A stretch of DNA of 64,000 nt. It comes from a virus. The first letter of the stretch is position 1; each line of letters opens with the position of its first letter. A program made the position numbers and the translations under genes. Under the pieces are notes generated by a model. That model did not search any database and had not been told where the DNA came from. It saw nothing but the letters and a program-made list of their open reading frames with translations. The stretch lies in IMG/VR virus record IMGVR_UViG_3300027747_004722, positions 1 through 64,000 of that record; one strand, 5' to 3'. This document shows positions 18,501-27,540 of the stretch, piece after piece.

Positions 18501-20217
18501 TCCCCCGGGGTGTTCCCCCGACTGCGTAGAAAGATTTGCCTGCAAACAAAATTTCCAATGGCCTTTGCCGGAAAATGGAATTTGTGAATCTGTGGGTTAC
18601 TACACCGACCTTGGTCAGGAACAATACCGGCTTGCGGCCGGCTATTACGACTCATGTATGGATAGAACCACATGTGAAACAAATTGCATATTGAGAAATG
18701 ATGGTTGTTACGACAGTGCCGGATGCGGTATGGTGTACACCGCATATTCGGGAGCGTCGGCTTTGTGGCCTTACGAAGGGCCTTGCGATCCAACATGTGC
18801 GCCAAGATTCAACTGCAACGGCGATGGAAACTGCGATAGCATAAACTATTGGACTGATTCCAACGCCCCAGAGGGAAGCATAAAAGATTGCGTCACATGC
18901 ATATTGAGAAACACCGGTTGCGACAACTCTACGGGATGTTCTGAATCACACTCTACCGATTCAACAACATATCCATATGAAGGAGGTTGCGACTCAACAT
19001 GTGTAGAAAGATATTCGTGCAACGCCAGCAACGGAAGCTGCGATCCTTTGGGTTACTACACTGACTCAAGTGGATATATGGATCAAACCACATGTGGAAC
19101 AAATTGCATATTGAGAAACGACGGTTGTAATGGATATGGACCGTGCTCTTCATTGTACACTACGAATTCAGTGCAGTATCCTTACGAAGGAGCGTGTGAT
19201 CCAACATGCGCAGAAAGATTCAACTGTAATAGCAATGGAAGCTGCGACAGCCTAGACTATCACACTGATTCCAACGCCCCATCGGGAAGTATAAAAGATT
19301 GCTCAAATTGCACATGTTCCCTCAGTCCTGAATTGCCCATCAAAGTCTATCGCACGGGTGGGACTTCCGGGGTCATAGAGGGCGGAGCGGTCGGAGGAAC
19401 AAATCCCGGCGGCAATTTCTGGCAAAACGGCTGCGGTTATGATCTTGTTGGCACGATCAACAACCTACAGGACACAGTGGCCGTAGTTGCAGAAGGGCCG
19501 GCAACTGTCTATTCCGCCATAGAGGCTCAGGCGGTGGACGCCTGCGGACGCAATGTGTTTAGCGGACACGACATTACAAACGGAAGCCCGGCCGCTCAGG
19601 TGACTGTGTCTTATGCAGATTGTGCGGTAGGCTTCCCGTTTGCAAACAAGACCGAAGATGGCTGGTGTGGCAATCCGATCACCGGCAGTTCCACATCCGT
19701 TGGATTCGCGAATGTAGAGATCAAACATGCCGCTCGAGAGAAAAGAAGAGCGTGGGACAAGTGCATATGCGACTACTTCGCCGGTCCCGTCGAGAGCCAG
19801 AGGGGAAACTACGACTGTGGCAAATGCGTCCAGTCATGGGAATGCGATCACTCGGAGGGCCCGAGATTCGCCGGGTTCTACTCCGTTCACGGCCCGTCCG
19901 AGTCCGAAGTCAGGTCGAAGTGCCACCCACTGGGGTACGAGTGCGACAAGGAAATCGGGCCTGTGCCCTTCTACGCGGACTACGACGCCAACGCCCACAG
20001 GGTCATGCGGAGGGAGGAGGCCTGCCTGCCGAGGTACGGATGCTGCGAACGCGAGGGGTGCGTGAGCATCGGATACGGCACCATGGGATACCTCAAGGAG
20101 GAGTGCGATCTTGTGTGCGTCGAGCGATTCCAGATGAATGACGGGGAGTGCGTACCGACGGGGCGGGGGACATTCGGGATGACGGAAGAGGAGTGCGGGC
20201 CGGCGACAGGACGGTGA
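15520..20217 (+). CDS. Giant Cys-rich modular protein with poly-Ser linkers
   Basis: 1565-aa uninterrupted ORF with dense Cys modules and Ser/Gly linkers. Confidence 0.85.
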   Translation: MHKTNPEILFSLTDKPCMCPAGSNDFDSWPEYVGICGVPCLAYVCYNRDTIDAKCLPFPNIGFGFPTIGECEQYCGLSKSSSSSGGGPSSSSSGGGPSSSSGGGPSSSSGGGPSSSSGGGPSSSSGDRCPIGFYEAATDPSGSPICCPDGYCYDGSCKPPGQCGGSSSSTECPEGETCGEPYTKCEPKTEGSGCEERGYIRICQSGQCNDVFAGVVTSECDCPSSSSSAPSSSSSRGGKWSCVTANRCEEGSTGPYDDETACLDGANQDCGCVTISCPPDEPGPCDPDYCTRTVTTHPCVIDNDGNPYCTGDLQIVPCSECCPEGEGNECAEPYFGECVPSNRWAGCEQVWLHYNCRDGSCQEINDIISCDCPASSSSSIPCDPPCASCQKCVSGTCVPHNEGAMCENNPCRYCQGGSCVDVPKNTLCGDACHKCKDGDCIFLCQNPDDVCCDNGQCCDKNHVCCPDGCCDPCTKCADGGGCESILNDCQECKDGKPKSKCGECEDCTDGKCVANGKVKTTGGKCACPQNTVEVDGVCTPFGFDCGPSGCTKVIGGGTYDNLTECNRWCTGNCKPIPTPPSGEPLLCPDGSQYGIIIYPNFNLTSCSWTGQPLLFRSCDDGGGGGSSSDSGTPPSSSACCDIADSKSDAVYEFLCDYAVLKTLGYGSPSTCFGFYVEYEWCKSCADGAPSVRQTTVHIFDKNSCEFKTISVSQALPCPEASSSSGGSSSSESSSSSESSSSSESSSSSESSSSSSSSSSSSSSSSSSSSSITSSSSSSSSSDSSSSSSSSSSLCSIGGLTDFNSVKCCLYIDSNLTWPENCQTITLGSICEECPPGSGSYNFTDSQISDISTPCFEWELCGQASSSSSSECTCDPSTGSNPPGCSPDCVERFKCNSNGNCDSLGYYTDSNAPSGSTTDCANCSIWCCISGKCVEVFGDSPSDATAICYNVLGGYAGWIAEDGSSANDQEHCEKQCHPTSSNSSECTCDPATGSNPPGCSPDCVERFACKQNFQWPLPENGICESVGYYTDLGQEQYRLAAGYYDSCMDRTTCETNCILRNDGCYDSAGCGMVYTAYSGASALWPYEGPCDPTCAPRFNCNGDGNCDSINYWTDSNAPEGSIKDCVTCILRNTGCDNSTGCSESHSTDSTTYPYEGGCDSTCVERYSCNASNGSCDPLGYYTDSSGYMDQTTCGTNCILRNDGCNGYGPCSSLYTTNSVQYPYEGACDPTCAERFNCNSNGSCDSLDYHTDSNAPSGSIKDCSNCTCSLSPELPIKVYRTGGTSGVIEGGAVGGTNPGGNFWQNGCGYDLVGTINNLQDTVAVVAEGPATVYSAIEAQAVDACGRNVFSGHDITNGSPAAQVTVSYADCAVGFPFANKTEDGWCGNPITGSSTSVGFANVEIKHAAREKRRAWDKCICDYFAGPVESQRGNYDCGKCVQSWECDHSEGPRFAGFYSVHGPSESEVRSKCHPLGYECDKEIGPVPFYADYDANAHRVMRREEACLPRYGCCEREGCVSIGYGTMGYLKEECDLVCVERFQMNDGECVPTGRGTFGMTEEECGPATGR
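15768..15897 (+). repeat. 24/27-bp tandem repeat (SGGGPSSS x5)
   Basis: tccggcggaggcccatccagcagt units. Confidence 0.9.
17697..17895 (+). repeat. 18-bp tandem repeat (SSSSES) and poly-Ser tract
   Basis: agcagttcgagcgagtcc x4 followed by degenerate Ser codons. Confidence 0.9.
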
Positions 20218-20613
20218 TCATTCCCAGGATATGGGACTGCCGTCTTTCTTCCTTCTCTTGCCCTTCGCATTGCAGGCCGAAAGAGTAGGCCTGCAGGCCG
20301 GGTACTTCCTGCCCGCACCGCGGCCGGCCTTCTTCCTGCCACAGGGGACAAGGTGTCCCTTGCGGCTCGCCTTGCAGTCAATCCACCCCTTTCCGTGGTT
20401 GCGGTCGAACCACCCCTTCAGCCCCCGCTCCTTCTCCAGTCCGAAGGTAGACTCGCTCACTTCCGATTCGCCCCAGTTGTCGGCCCCGACCTTGCGGCAC
20501 TTGACAAGAGCCCCCGAGGCGTACGCGCTCGGCCATTTCTTGTACCTCGACTTCACCTTGTGGTAGCACGCGTCTCTCGCCGCCCTCTGCTCCATCCAGT
20601 CAGAAAACCTCAT
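20218..20613 (-). CDS. Basic conserved viral protein (PSAYASG motif) with CTS-like leader
   Basis: DACYHKVKSRYKKWPSAYASGALVKCR and GWF...PCGR...YPACRP modules, recalled from large dsDNA viruses. Confidence 0.75.
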   Translation of the reverse strand: MRFSDWMEQRAARDACYHKVKSRYKKWPSAYASGALVKCRKVGADNWGESEVSESTFGLEKERGLKGWFDRNHGKGWIDCKASRKGHLVPCGRKKAGRGAGRKYPACRPTLSACNAKGKRRKKDGSPISWE

Positions 20614-21017
20614 GCGAACCCCCAGAACCTGTTTGCATTATGTATGCACGATTGCATGTTCTTGGCACCGACCGGGTTGGCGGAATGCACGCGAACCTCC
20701 ATCGGACGCAGGGCTCCCCTGAACGCCATCTCCTCGATGAACTTCGCCACCTCGTACCCGGTTCCGTTGGAGGCGTCCCCCAGGTCGTGATCGAGCGAGA
20801 CCAATCCTACCGTGCCGTCGCCTATCGCCCTGATCACGTCAGCGGCGGTGCGGAAGTGCAGGTCGAAGCCCTCCGGCATAGGCCGCTCGTCGTCCAGCCA
20901 GACCCTCAGCGGTCTTTCTGGTTCGCCAGTCTCCCAAACGGGGAAACCGTCAGGCCGGGGTCCTTGAGGATCCTCGCCATCTCCTTCTCCCCGTCCTTTG
21001 CGGTTATCTTCTCCCAC
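20610..21017 (-). CDS. Cyclic-phosphate-processing receiver-like (cREC) domain protein
   Basis: WLDDERP...SLDHDLG...TGY...VHSANPVG; true start may be near 20909. Confidence 0.75.
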   Translation of the reverse strand: MGEDNRKGRGEGDGEDPQGPRPDGFPVWETGEPERPLRVWLDDERPMPEGFDLHFRTAADVIRAIGDGTVGLVSLDHDLGDASNGTGYEVAKFIEEMAFRGALRPMEVRVHSANPVGAKNMQSCIHNANRFWGFA

Positions 21018-21118
21018 GCCTTGGTCCTCGTCTGCCTCGTGTACTTCTTGAACACCGTCTCAAGGCTTCTCGCCATGTCCATTATAGCGTTTTTTAGGCT
21101 GCTCTTATTGTCCGACAT
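20906..21118 (-). CDS. Hypothetical protein
   Basis: 70 aa, fits tightly in the operon. Confidence 0.55.
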   Translation of the reverse strand: MSDNKSSLKNAIMDMARSLETVFKKYTRQTRTKAWEKITAKDGEKEMARILKDPGLTVSPFGRLANQKDR

Positions 21119-21299
21119 CTTTTTCGCCCCCCTTGCGACAGATCCAGTCCTTGAAGCTCATCGTGAGGAGCCTTCCCTTCCTCTTTTTCCTGCACTTCAG
21201 GTCCGAACGCGCCCCCCAGACCTGGAAGTTCGGGTTGTCCTCGCACCCCACCACGGCGAATGTCCCCGCCATCTCCTTCAGTGTTCCGTTCCTGTCCAT
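21105..21299 (-). CDS. Hypothetical protein (64 aa)
   Basis: TGATG coupling with the upstream gene; MDRNGTLKEMAGTFAVVG...FQVWGA. Confidence 0.55.
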   Translation of the reverse strand: MDRNGTLKEMAGTFAVVGCEDNPNFQVWGARSDLKCRKKRKGRLLTMSFKDWICRKGGEKDVGQ

Positions 21300-22102
21300 C
21301 AGTATGTGCTGAGGGCCGCGGCGATGCACTCCGCGATCTCGCTCTCCTTCTGTCCGGATGAAAAGTACTCGTCCCATTCCGAAGGCTGGGGCGTCCACCT
21401 GTGCCCCCTCGCGGGAGACTGTATGTCGTTGCCGAAGCTCCTTATCATCCCGGTCTTCGGGTCGTACGTGAATGTTATGGCGAACTGCTCCACCCTCGCG
21501 CTCCCCGGGGCCGCGACACCCTGCCCCCTGAGCTCGAAGAAAACCAGGTAGTTCCTGTCCTTCTCCACCTCCTTGACGCCCCTGAACAGGAATATCTCGG
21601 GTATCACGTCCCTCCTCTGGGCGAGCCTCGCGGTCTTGGTCACGAGGCTTCGGAGGCCCTTGTAGTCGTGCGAAGGCGCCTCCAGCTCCTCCTTGTGTAT
21701 GCTCTCCATGCTCTCGAATATGTAGTTCGCGAGGTTCTCGTCGAACTGCTCCGTGGCGAAGGCGAGGTCCTTGTACAGGAACATCCGCTTGCAGGTCCAC
21801 ACCTCGCGGCCCTCCAGGTCGAGCTGGAGCCTCCTCACTATGCTCTTGTACGATCCGAGCGGGGTGATCGTCATCATTATCGCACCCGGCTTGTCCCCCC
21901 ACCTTATCTGGTTGGAGAACTCCATGATCGGCTCGGATCCTCCTATGCGGTTCGAGAGCATGAACTCCACCACGAGGTCGGAGTTTATGTCCTTTATGGG
22001 CATGTCCGATCGGGCGGTCGGGGCGGACCTCTCCTCGCGCTTCCTCTCGAACCCGAATATGTCCCGGCCCTCGCCGAGGAGCCAACGCCTAAATGTGGTC
22101 AT
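21299..22102 (-). CDS. Hypothetical protein with CTS-like leader
   Basis: Starts MTTFRRWLLGE just downstream of the TATATA palindrome. Confidence 0.75.
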   Translation of the reverse strand: MTTFRRWLLGEGRDIFGFERKREERSAPTARSDMPIKDINSDLVVEFMLSNRIGGSEPIMEFSNQIRWGDKPGAIMMTITPLGSYKSIVRRLQLDLEGREVWTCKRMFLYKDLAFATEQFDENLANYIFESMESIHKEELEAPSHDYKGLRSLVTKTARLAQRRDVIPEIFLFRGVKEVEKDRNYLVFFELRGQGVAAPGSARVEQFAITFTYDPKTGMIRSFGNDIQSPARGHRWTPQPSEWDEYFSSGQKESEIAECIAAALSTY

Positions 22103-22106
22103 GGAT

Positions 22107-22116
22107 CGTATATACG
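22107..22116. promoter_or_regulatory. Bidirectional late-promoter candidate CGTATATACG
   Basis: Perfect palindrome in a 16-bp gap between divergent ATGs at 22102 and 22119. Confidence 0.55.
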
Positions 22117-22118
22117 TC

Positions 22119-22592
22119 ATGCGAACGCCGTTTGGACATGCATTCTCAAGATGGATGGAATCTAGGATGGCCAAGGACGCCGTCGTGGGGGTGGTTGCGG
22201 GGGGAGCCCGTGTCGGCAGGGAGGAGGAAGACCACCTTCTCTCGAGGAAGACCACGGACTTCTCCTCGGAGATCAGGAGCAGGCTCAAGGGACTCGGGGT
22301 GGTCAAGTCGGCCCCCTCCGGGGGGTCTATAATGAGGGCCATAGACGACGGGATACAGGTCTCCGACCTCGTGGACAGGGTGTCCAAGCCGTTCCTCAAG
22401 GAGGACGTGTACGAGTCCGAGGCGGACGGCATGGAGAGGAACGCGAACGTCAGGGCCGCGATGGCCGCGCAGACCCCAGACTACCTCCGCTCCAGAAGGT
22501 CGCTGGTCCGGCACCTGATGGCCAAGGGGCTCACGGAGGAGGAGGCCCAGAAAAGGGCGGACGCCCAATTCGGACCGGGCCGAGGCTCCTAG
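22119..22592 (+). CDS. Hypothetical protein with CTS-like segment
   Basis: MRTPFGHAFSRWMES... Confidence 0.7.
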   Translation: MRTPFGHAFSRWMESRMAKDAVVGVVAGGARVGREEEDHLLSRKTTDFSSEIRSRLKGLGVVKSAPSGGSIMRAIDDGIQVSDLVDRVSKPFLKEDVYESEADGMERNANVRAAMAAQTPDYLRSRRSLVRHLMAKGLTEEEAQKRADAQFGPGRGS

Positions 22593-23998
22593 AAGTCCAC
22601 CTCGTCCTTGACGAAAATCTCGTGCCCCTCCTTGGACAGTATCTTGATGCGCTTCTTGCTGTGCTCCAGGAGGTACTCGTTGTTGTGGAACACGAAGTCG
22701 TAGTAGTTGAGGATTTCCTTGTCCTCGGCCGTCCTGAGCCCTCTGCCGACCCTCTGGATGATGTGGTGGTCGGCCTGCCCGCCAGCCGCGTTGATGACGT
22801 TGTGAACCATCACGTTGATGCCGGCGTTGAATATCTGCTGGGTGGCTATGCCGACGACCTTCTCCCTAGAGGTCTTGAGCTTGTCGATGACCATCTTGCG
22901 GGTCTCGAGGTCGTCCTTGCCCTGCACCCACAGGGCGCCGGGGATCAACGAGGCTAGGCTGTCTCCGTGGGCGATCCTGTCGACGAGTATGAGCGTGCGG
23001 CCCCCCAGCCCCCCGGTCAGTCTCGTCACCATCTCGTGGAAGTGCCAGTTCTCGGCTATGCCGCGGGTGACCGCGTCGATGTAAACCTCGTACTTCAGCT
23101 CGGGCTCCCGCACGGGGTAGAAAGTGCACCTGCTCTTGGCCAGCATGCCGCGTTCCTGGAGGTGGCTCGTGGTGAGCACGCCCCCGGCGCTCTTGGACTT
23201 CAGAGCCGGGCCGAAGTATCCCTTTACGAGCCACTTCTGGCACAGATCCTTGCCCCCGAACTTGAACGGCGTGGCGCTCACGGCGGCCCGTACGGAGCAG
23301 GCCTTCATCTTGTTGAAGTACTTCTTCGGCTCCTTGCTCATGTTCTCGTGTATCTCGTCCACCACGAGGGCCTTCACCTTGTCGAGGAGGGGTTCCATCT
23401 TGTGGAGGCTCTGAACCGTGGCGCATGTGATCACGCCGGGGTCGTTGTACTTTCCGTATAGCCTCCCCACGTTCTGGAAGCCCCACTTGACGATCTCCTC
23501 GTAGTTCTGCTCCACGAGGCTCTTCTTGTTGGCGAGCACGAGGGTCGGGCAGTTTTTGGGCAGGGCCTTGAGGATGGACACCATCACAAACGTCTTTCCT
23601 GCTGCAGTGGGCGCGCATATGACTCCCCTCCTGTTCCTGATCAGGGCGTTTGTCAGGTCGACCTGGTAGTCGTGCAGATTCACTCCGTCCCCGAGGAAAC
23701 CATCGTCTATCTCCGGGAAGGCGAAATCGAACTCTCCACGCTCGTCGAGGGTCTCGTACTCGACGCCGAGGTGCTTCAGGGCGGCCTTGACTTCGGGGAG
23801 CAGGCCTGTGAGGAACCTGCCCGTCTTCTTGCTGAAGAACTCCGTGTAGCCGTCCCAGAGCTTCTGCTTGTAGAGCCTGCTGTGGAAATAGCCCCTCTCC
23901 CTGAACCTCATGCTCTCGTGCAGTACGGACAGTATGTCCATCCGCTCGCAGTAGAGCCAGGAGTAGCAGTTCTGGATGCGTAGGACGGTCTCTTTCAT
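22589..23998 (-). CDS. uvsW: UvsW-like SF2 DNA helicase
   Basis: LHDYQ, APTAAGKT, VVDEIH, SATP, QRVGRGLR. Confidence 0.85.
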   Translation of the reverse strand: MKETVLRIQNCYSWLYCERMDILSVLHESMRFRERGYFHSRLYKQKLWDGYTEFFSKKTGRFLTGLLPEVKAALKHLGVEYETLDERGEFDFAFPEIDDGFLGDGVNLHDYQVDLTNALIRNRRGVICAPTAAGKTFVMVSILKALPKNCPTLVLANKKSLVEQNYEEIVKWGFQNVGRLYGKYNDPGVITCATVQSLHKMEPLLDKVKALVVDEIHENMSKEPKKYFNKMKACSVRAAVSATPFKFGGKDLCQKWLVKGYFGPALKSKSAGGVLTTSHLQERGMLAKSRCTFYPVREPELKYEVYIDAVTRGIAENWHFHEMVTRLTGGLGGRTLILVDRIAHGDSLASLIPGALWVQGKDDLETRKMVIDKLKTSREKVVGIATQQIFNAGINVMVHNVINAAGGQADHHIIQRVGRGLRTAEDKEILNYYDFVFHNNEYLLEHSKKRIKILSKEGHEIFVKDEVDF

Positions 23999-24004
23999 GC
24001 CATT

Positions 24005-24033
24005 ATTCTAGCGGAAATGGCCGTATTTATCAA
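24005..24033 (-). promoter_or_regulatory. Sigma70-like promoter giving a leaderless uvsW transcript
   Basis: TTGATA-N17-TAGAAT, with the ATG 6 nt downstream. Confidence 0.55.
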
Positions 24034-24053
24034 CCACGGACTATTATTATTCC

Positions 24054-25943
24054 ATGGGAGAGGTTCTGGTTTCGTGGCGTGGCGGCCGGCTTTCAATGAC
24101 CAACAGGAACTGCTGGTGCGACCGCGGCAACAGCATGGAGAGGCTCATCTCCCAGGCGTTCTCCTCCATGACCGAAGACGAGAAGTCCTTGATCGCCCCC
24201 TTCGACCTGGTCTTCAGGGTCGACGACCACGGCAACGGAGACTACACAATATGCTCCGACAGGTACACGGACAAAACCCTGCCGTGCTACATCTTCGACC
24301 ACTGGCGCGAGGCGAAGATAGACGACTACGCGGAGATGTGCGAACGCATCAAGGAAAGAGCCCTTCTTCCCTACAAACACGACAAGCTCTTCTGGGCCGG
24401 CCAGATGAGCCATCCGACGAGAAGGAAGTTTGTCGAACAGTTCTCGTCGCACCCCAAAATGCACATCGTCAGCCACAGAGACCACTGGGGGCACGCAGGG
24501 CAAGTTCCGTCGGGCTACATCTCTCTCCCAGACCACTGCGACTACAAGTACATGCTAGACCTGCAGGGCAACGGATACAGCGGTCGAACCAAGCTGCTGC
24601 TACACACGAAAAGAACCCTGTTCTACCAGACCAGAAAGTTCCATGAATACTGGTTCTGGAGGATGGAGCCGTTCGTTCACTACATACCTGTCGCGGAAGA
24701 CCTGTCGGATATGGGTGAAAAGTTCGAATGGGCAGAGTGCCACCCGGAAGACTGCACAAGAATAGCCGAAGATGGATACAAGTTCGCCTTGGAAAATTTG
24801 AAGAGGTCTGACGCCGTGGACAGGCTGAAGAGGATATTCGTCAATGTCGGAGGAGGCAAGAAAGTGTATCCGTCGATAACTCTTTGCGTATTGGCCTGCG
24901 CCAAGAACGACAAGTACAAGAAGAGGCTCCGCGATTTCGTAGACAGCTACGGCTTCAAGAAGTCCAACCCGGAAGTTTCCGCCAAGGTGGTGTTCCTCGT
25001 GGAAGACGAGGAAAGGCCGGAGTTCCTGGACGACTCCTACGGCTGGCATAATTCCCCTGGTCTGCCTTTGAGCATGAGATTCATGCAGTACCTCTCCGAA
25101 GAGGGATGCGATTCGGATTGGATAATGCAGGTGGACGACGACTCCAGCACCGACATAGACAAAACGATCGAACTCTTAGAGCAGTACTATGACCCGAGAG
25201 ATTCGCTGATTCTCATGGGAGGCAGAAACACCGACCTTGAGATGGGACTGCAAAATATAATCAGAATAATGAACGTCCCCAACTTCCTGTTCGCCAGCGC
25301 AGATATAAGCAAGTTTGATACCACGCCTTACTTTATACACGCTTGGGAGCCGTCGATAATATCAAGGCCTGCCGTGGAAAGAATGCAGAATTGGGAGGGT
25401 TTCCGCGAGTTCATGGAATTGTGCAAAAGCAGACGTCCGACATTCAGCGACCAAGCCCCCTATGTCGCCGCCCGACTCGCTAAAGTTCCGATAGTGGAGT
25501 GCCTTTTCATTTCGCCTTTCTGCAAGAATCAAGACTACTCCGCAATCAACCCCCACGGAAGATTCTCCCACATCCACTATGTCACAGAAAAATGGGGAGA
25601 GTACGAGCAGTTCAAAAGGAATATGCTTGAAGTCAAGAGCAATCAGCCGATCAGCAAAGACCCCAACGCGGGAGAACTATGGGATTTTTATGCCGATGAG
25701 AATGGACGACGCAGAAACATAGGAATATTAAGGCTAGACACAGACGGCAAAATAGGCATCTACAACAATTTCAATGAAAGATTCTGGAAACACGAGGGGG
25801 ATTCTATAGTCATAATGGACGAGAACAAATCCATCACATGCGTCATGTCCAAAATTTCGGAAGACAAGTATTCAGGACTATTTGTAAGAAACGCAAATGT
25901 CACGCACAATATTGAAAAAATAAAAGTTTTAAATCACTCGTAA
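24054..25943 (+). CDS. Two-domain glycosyltransferase (GT90/CAP10-like plus DxD GT-A domain)
   Basis: KLFWAG, DYKYMLDLQGNGYSGR, EPFVHYIPV..DLSD; second domain WIMQVDDDS. Confidence 0.75.
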   Translation: MGEVLVSWRGGRLSMTNRNCWCDRGNSMERLISQAFSSMTEDEKSLIAPFDLVFRVDDHGNGDYTICSDRYTDKTLPCYIFDHWREAKIDDYAEMCERIKERALLPYKHDKLFWAGQMSHPTRRKFVEQFSSHPKMHIVSHRDHWGHAGQVPSGYISLPDHCDYKYMLDLQGNGYSGRTKLLLHTKRTLFYQTRKFHEYWFWRMEPFVHYIPVAEDLSDMGEKFEWAECHPEDCTRIAEDGYKFALENLKRSDAVDRLKRIFVNVGGGKKVYPSITLCVLACAKNDKYKKRLRDFVDSYGFKKSNPEVSAKVVFLVEDEERPEFLDDSYGWHNSPGLPLSMRFMQYLSEEGCDSDWIMQVDDDSSTDIDKTIELLEQYYDPRDSLILMGGRNTDLEMGLQNIIRIMNVPNFLFASADISKFDTTPYFIHAWEPSIISRPAVERMQNWEGFREFMELCKSRRPTFSDQAPYVAARLAKVPIVECLFISPFCKNQDYSAINPHGRFSHIHYVTEKWGEYEQFKRNMLEVKSNQPISKDPNAGELWDFYADENGRRRNIGILRLDTDGKIGIYNNFNERFWKHEGDSIVIMDENKSITCVMSKISEDKYSGLFVRNANVTHNIEKIKVLNHS

Positions 25944-26899
25944 TAAGATCTTATCAAAGACCTTGTTGAATCTTCATATATTCTTGGCACCCTTTTCAGT
26001 GAATATATGAAATAAGAATCGCACCAATTTTCATGGTTAGGACAGTACAAAGAAGGTGGAATGTGCGGAGAGCAAAGGCAGACCGGATTTGTACGATCGT
26101 CAAAGTGTATTTTTTCGTTGTTTTTTATTTTCTCTATTAATTCCTTGTTGTAGGCAATGTGTTGAGAGTAGTTCTGTAAAGTTATCGGTGCCGTTTGCTT
26201 CTCCCCCCTCTTTTTTAATATGCTTTTTGCAACCATCATAGGAATAAACTCTTCGGTTTCGTATCCTACAACTTGTTCTTCGCCCCATATTCTCTCGTAG
26301 TTGTCGGCAATTTCTTCAAACACCTCATGTTCGTAAAACTGACCTTCTGTTTGTCCGCCTATCAGTTCGCTCCACCCCAGTTCCCTCATGAGAGTTGAAA
26401 CTCTTTTGTCTGGACACTTTTCTGGACAGTCGCTCTCCCACACTATGTATTCCGGATTTTTTACGAAGTCAAAGTCATGAGGCCCTTGATCGCCCCATCT
26501 GTGGCCAGGCAACTGAAATCTGTTGAACAAGTGCCATGTCGGTCTTTGATGCCTAAACACTGCCTGAAATCCATTTTTGTGCTTTTTAACATGATCCGCA
26601 ACGCCCGGCTTCACAAGCATCTCGTTAGAAGACATTACTATGAAGTTGCTGAACTGAACCTTATTTTGTATGAACCTGAAGTTTGATACATGGTGGACAA
26701 GAAGACCCATCCCAGTCAAGTTTCTTTTTGGGTTTACAAAAACATTTTCGTATTGATTCAATCTTTCATGATCAAAAGAATCAAAAATTCTAGAGGCATG
26801 CAGTACAATGCAGCAATTAGGTTCGTAGTGGTTTATGTTCCTCACTAAATCTACCACGCAGTCCATATTTTCATGAACCGGAATTGATATGGCTATCAT
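25934..26899 (-). CDS. Putative glycosyltransferase-like protein
   Basis: MIAISIPVHE...IVLH...SSNEMLVK; lies in the AT-rich glycan island. Confidence 0.55.
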   Translation of the reverse strand: MIAISIPVHENMDCVVDLVRNINHYEPNCCIVLHASRIFDSFDHERLNQYENVFVNPKRNLTGMGLLVHHVSNFRFIQNKVQFSNFIVMSSNEMLVKPGVADHVKKHKNGFQAVFRHQRPTWHLFNRFQLPGHRWGDQGPHDFDFVKNPEYIVWESDCPEKCPDKRVSTLMRELGWSELIGGQTEGQFYEHEVFEEIADNYERIWGEEQVVGYETEEFIPMMVAKSILKKRGEKQTAPITLQNYSQHIAYNKELIEKIKNNEKIHFDDRTNPVCLCSPHIPPSLYCPNHENWCDSYFIYSLKRVPRIYEDSTRSLIRSYYE

Positions 26900-27540
26900 T
26901 TTTTCATCATTCCGATAGATGTGGCGGGCTGGCGTCTTCCCGTCTTTTCTTGCCAAATGCCTACGAGTGATTCGCACGGATAAATCGCAGAAAAATCAGA
27001 CCTCTCTCCAAAATACTCTTCTATGAGCCTTTCAATGTGAGGACAACATGTGTCTTTGTAGTCATCTACGACGATCACGCCGCCCTTGGACAAACGGGGC
27101 CAGAACAAATCTAGGCCGTCTTTCATGGACTGATAGTAGTCCATATCCAAATGGACAAATGCAAACATCTGATCTTCAGAAACAAAATGGGCAGACTCTG
27201 GAATCCAACCTTTTGTAAAAATGCAATTTTTTCTGTTTACATTTTTTTTGACTACTTCTAGTTCTGTTTTTAGATCGCCTTTTTTGAAATAACAATCTTT
27301 CGTATCATCTTTGATGAAACCGTCAAAACTGTCAAAAAGATAAACTTTTTTGTCGCGAAAAATTGTGGCAAGCAACCTCGCACACCCCCCAGTGTAGACG
27401 CCGGCCTCCGCAACATCCCCTTTGATATTGCCTTCAAGTACCATCTGTCCGAGCTGCTCTATAAACAAAAGCTTGGGGCCCAACAAGGAAATTGAGTCCA
27501 AGGACTCCACCCCGCCGGCTTCGTCAATGAATCTACCCAT
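26896..27540 (-). CDS. TylF/MycF-family sugar O-methyltransferase
   Basis: GDVAEAGVYTG, FDSFDG, KGWIPES, HLDMDYY, GGVIVVDDY. Confidence 0.9.
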   Translation of the reverse strand: MGRFIDEAGGVESLDSISLLGPKLLFIEQLGQMVLEGNIKGDVAEAGVYTGGCARLLATIFRDKKVYLFDSFDGFIKDDTKDCYFKKGDLKTELEVVKKNVNRKNCIFTKGWIPESAHFVSEDQMFAFVHLDMDYYQSMKDGLDLFWPRLSKGGVIVVDDYKDTCCPHIERLIEEYFGERSDFSAIYPCESLVGIWQEKTGRRQPATSIGMMKK

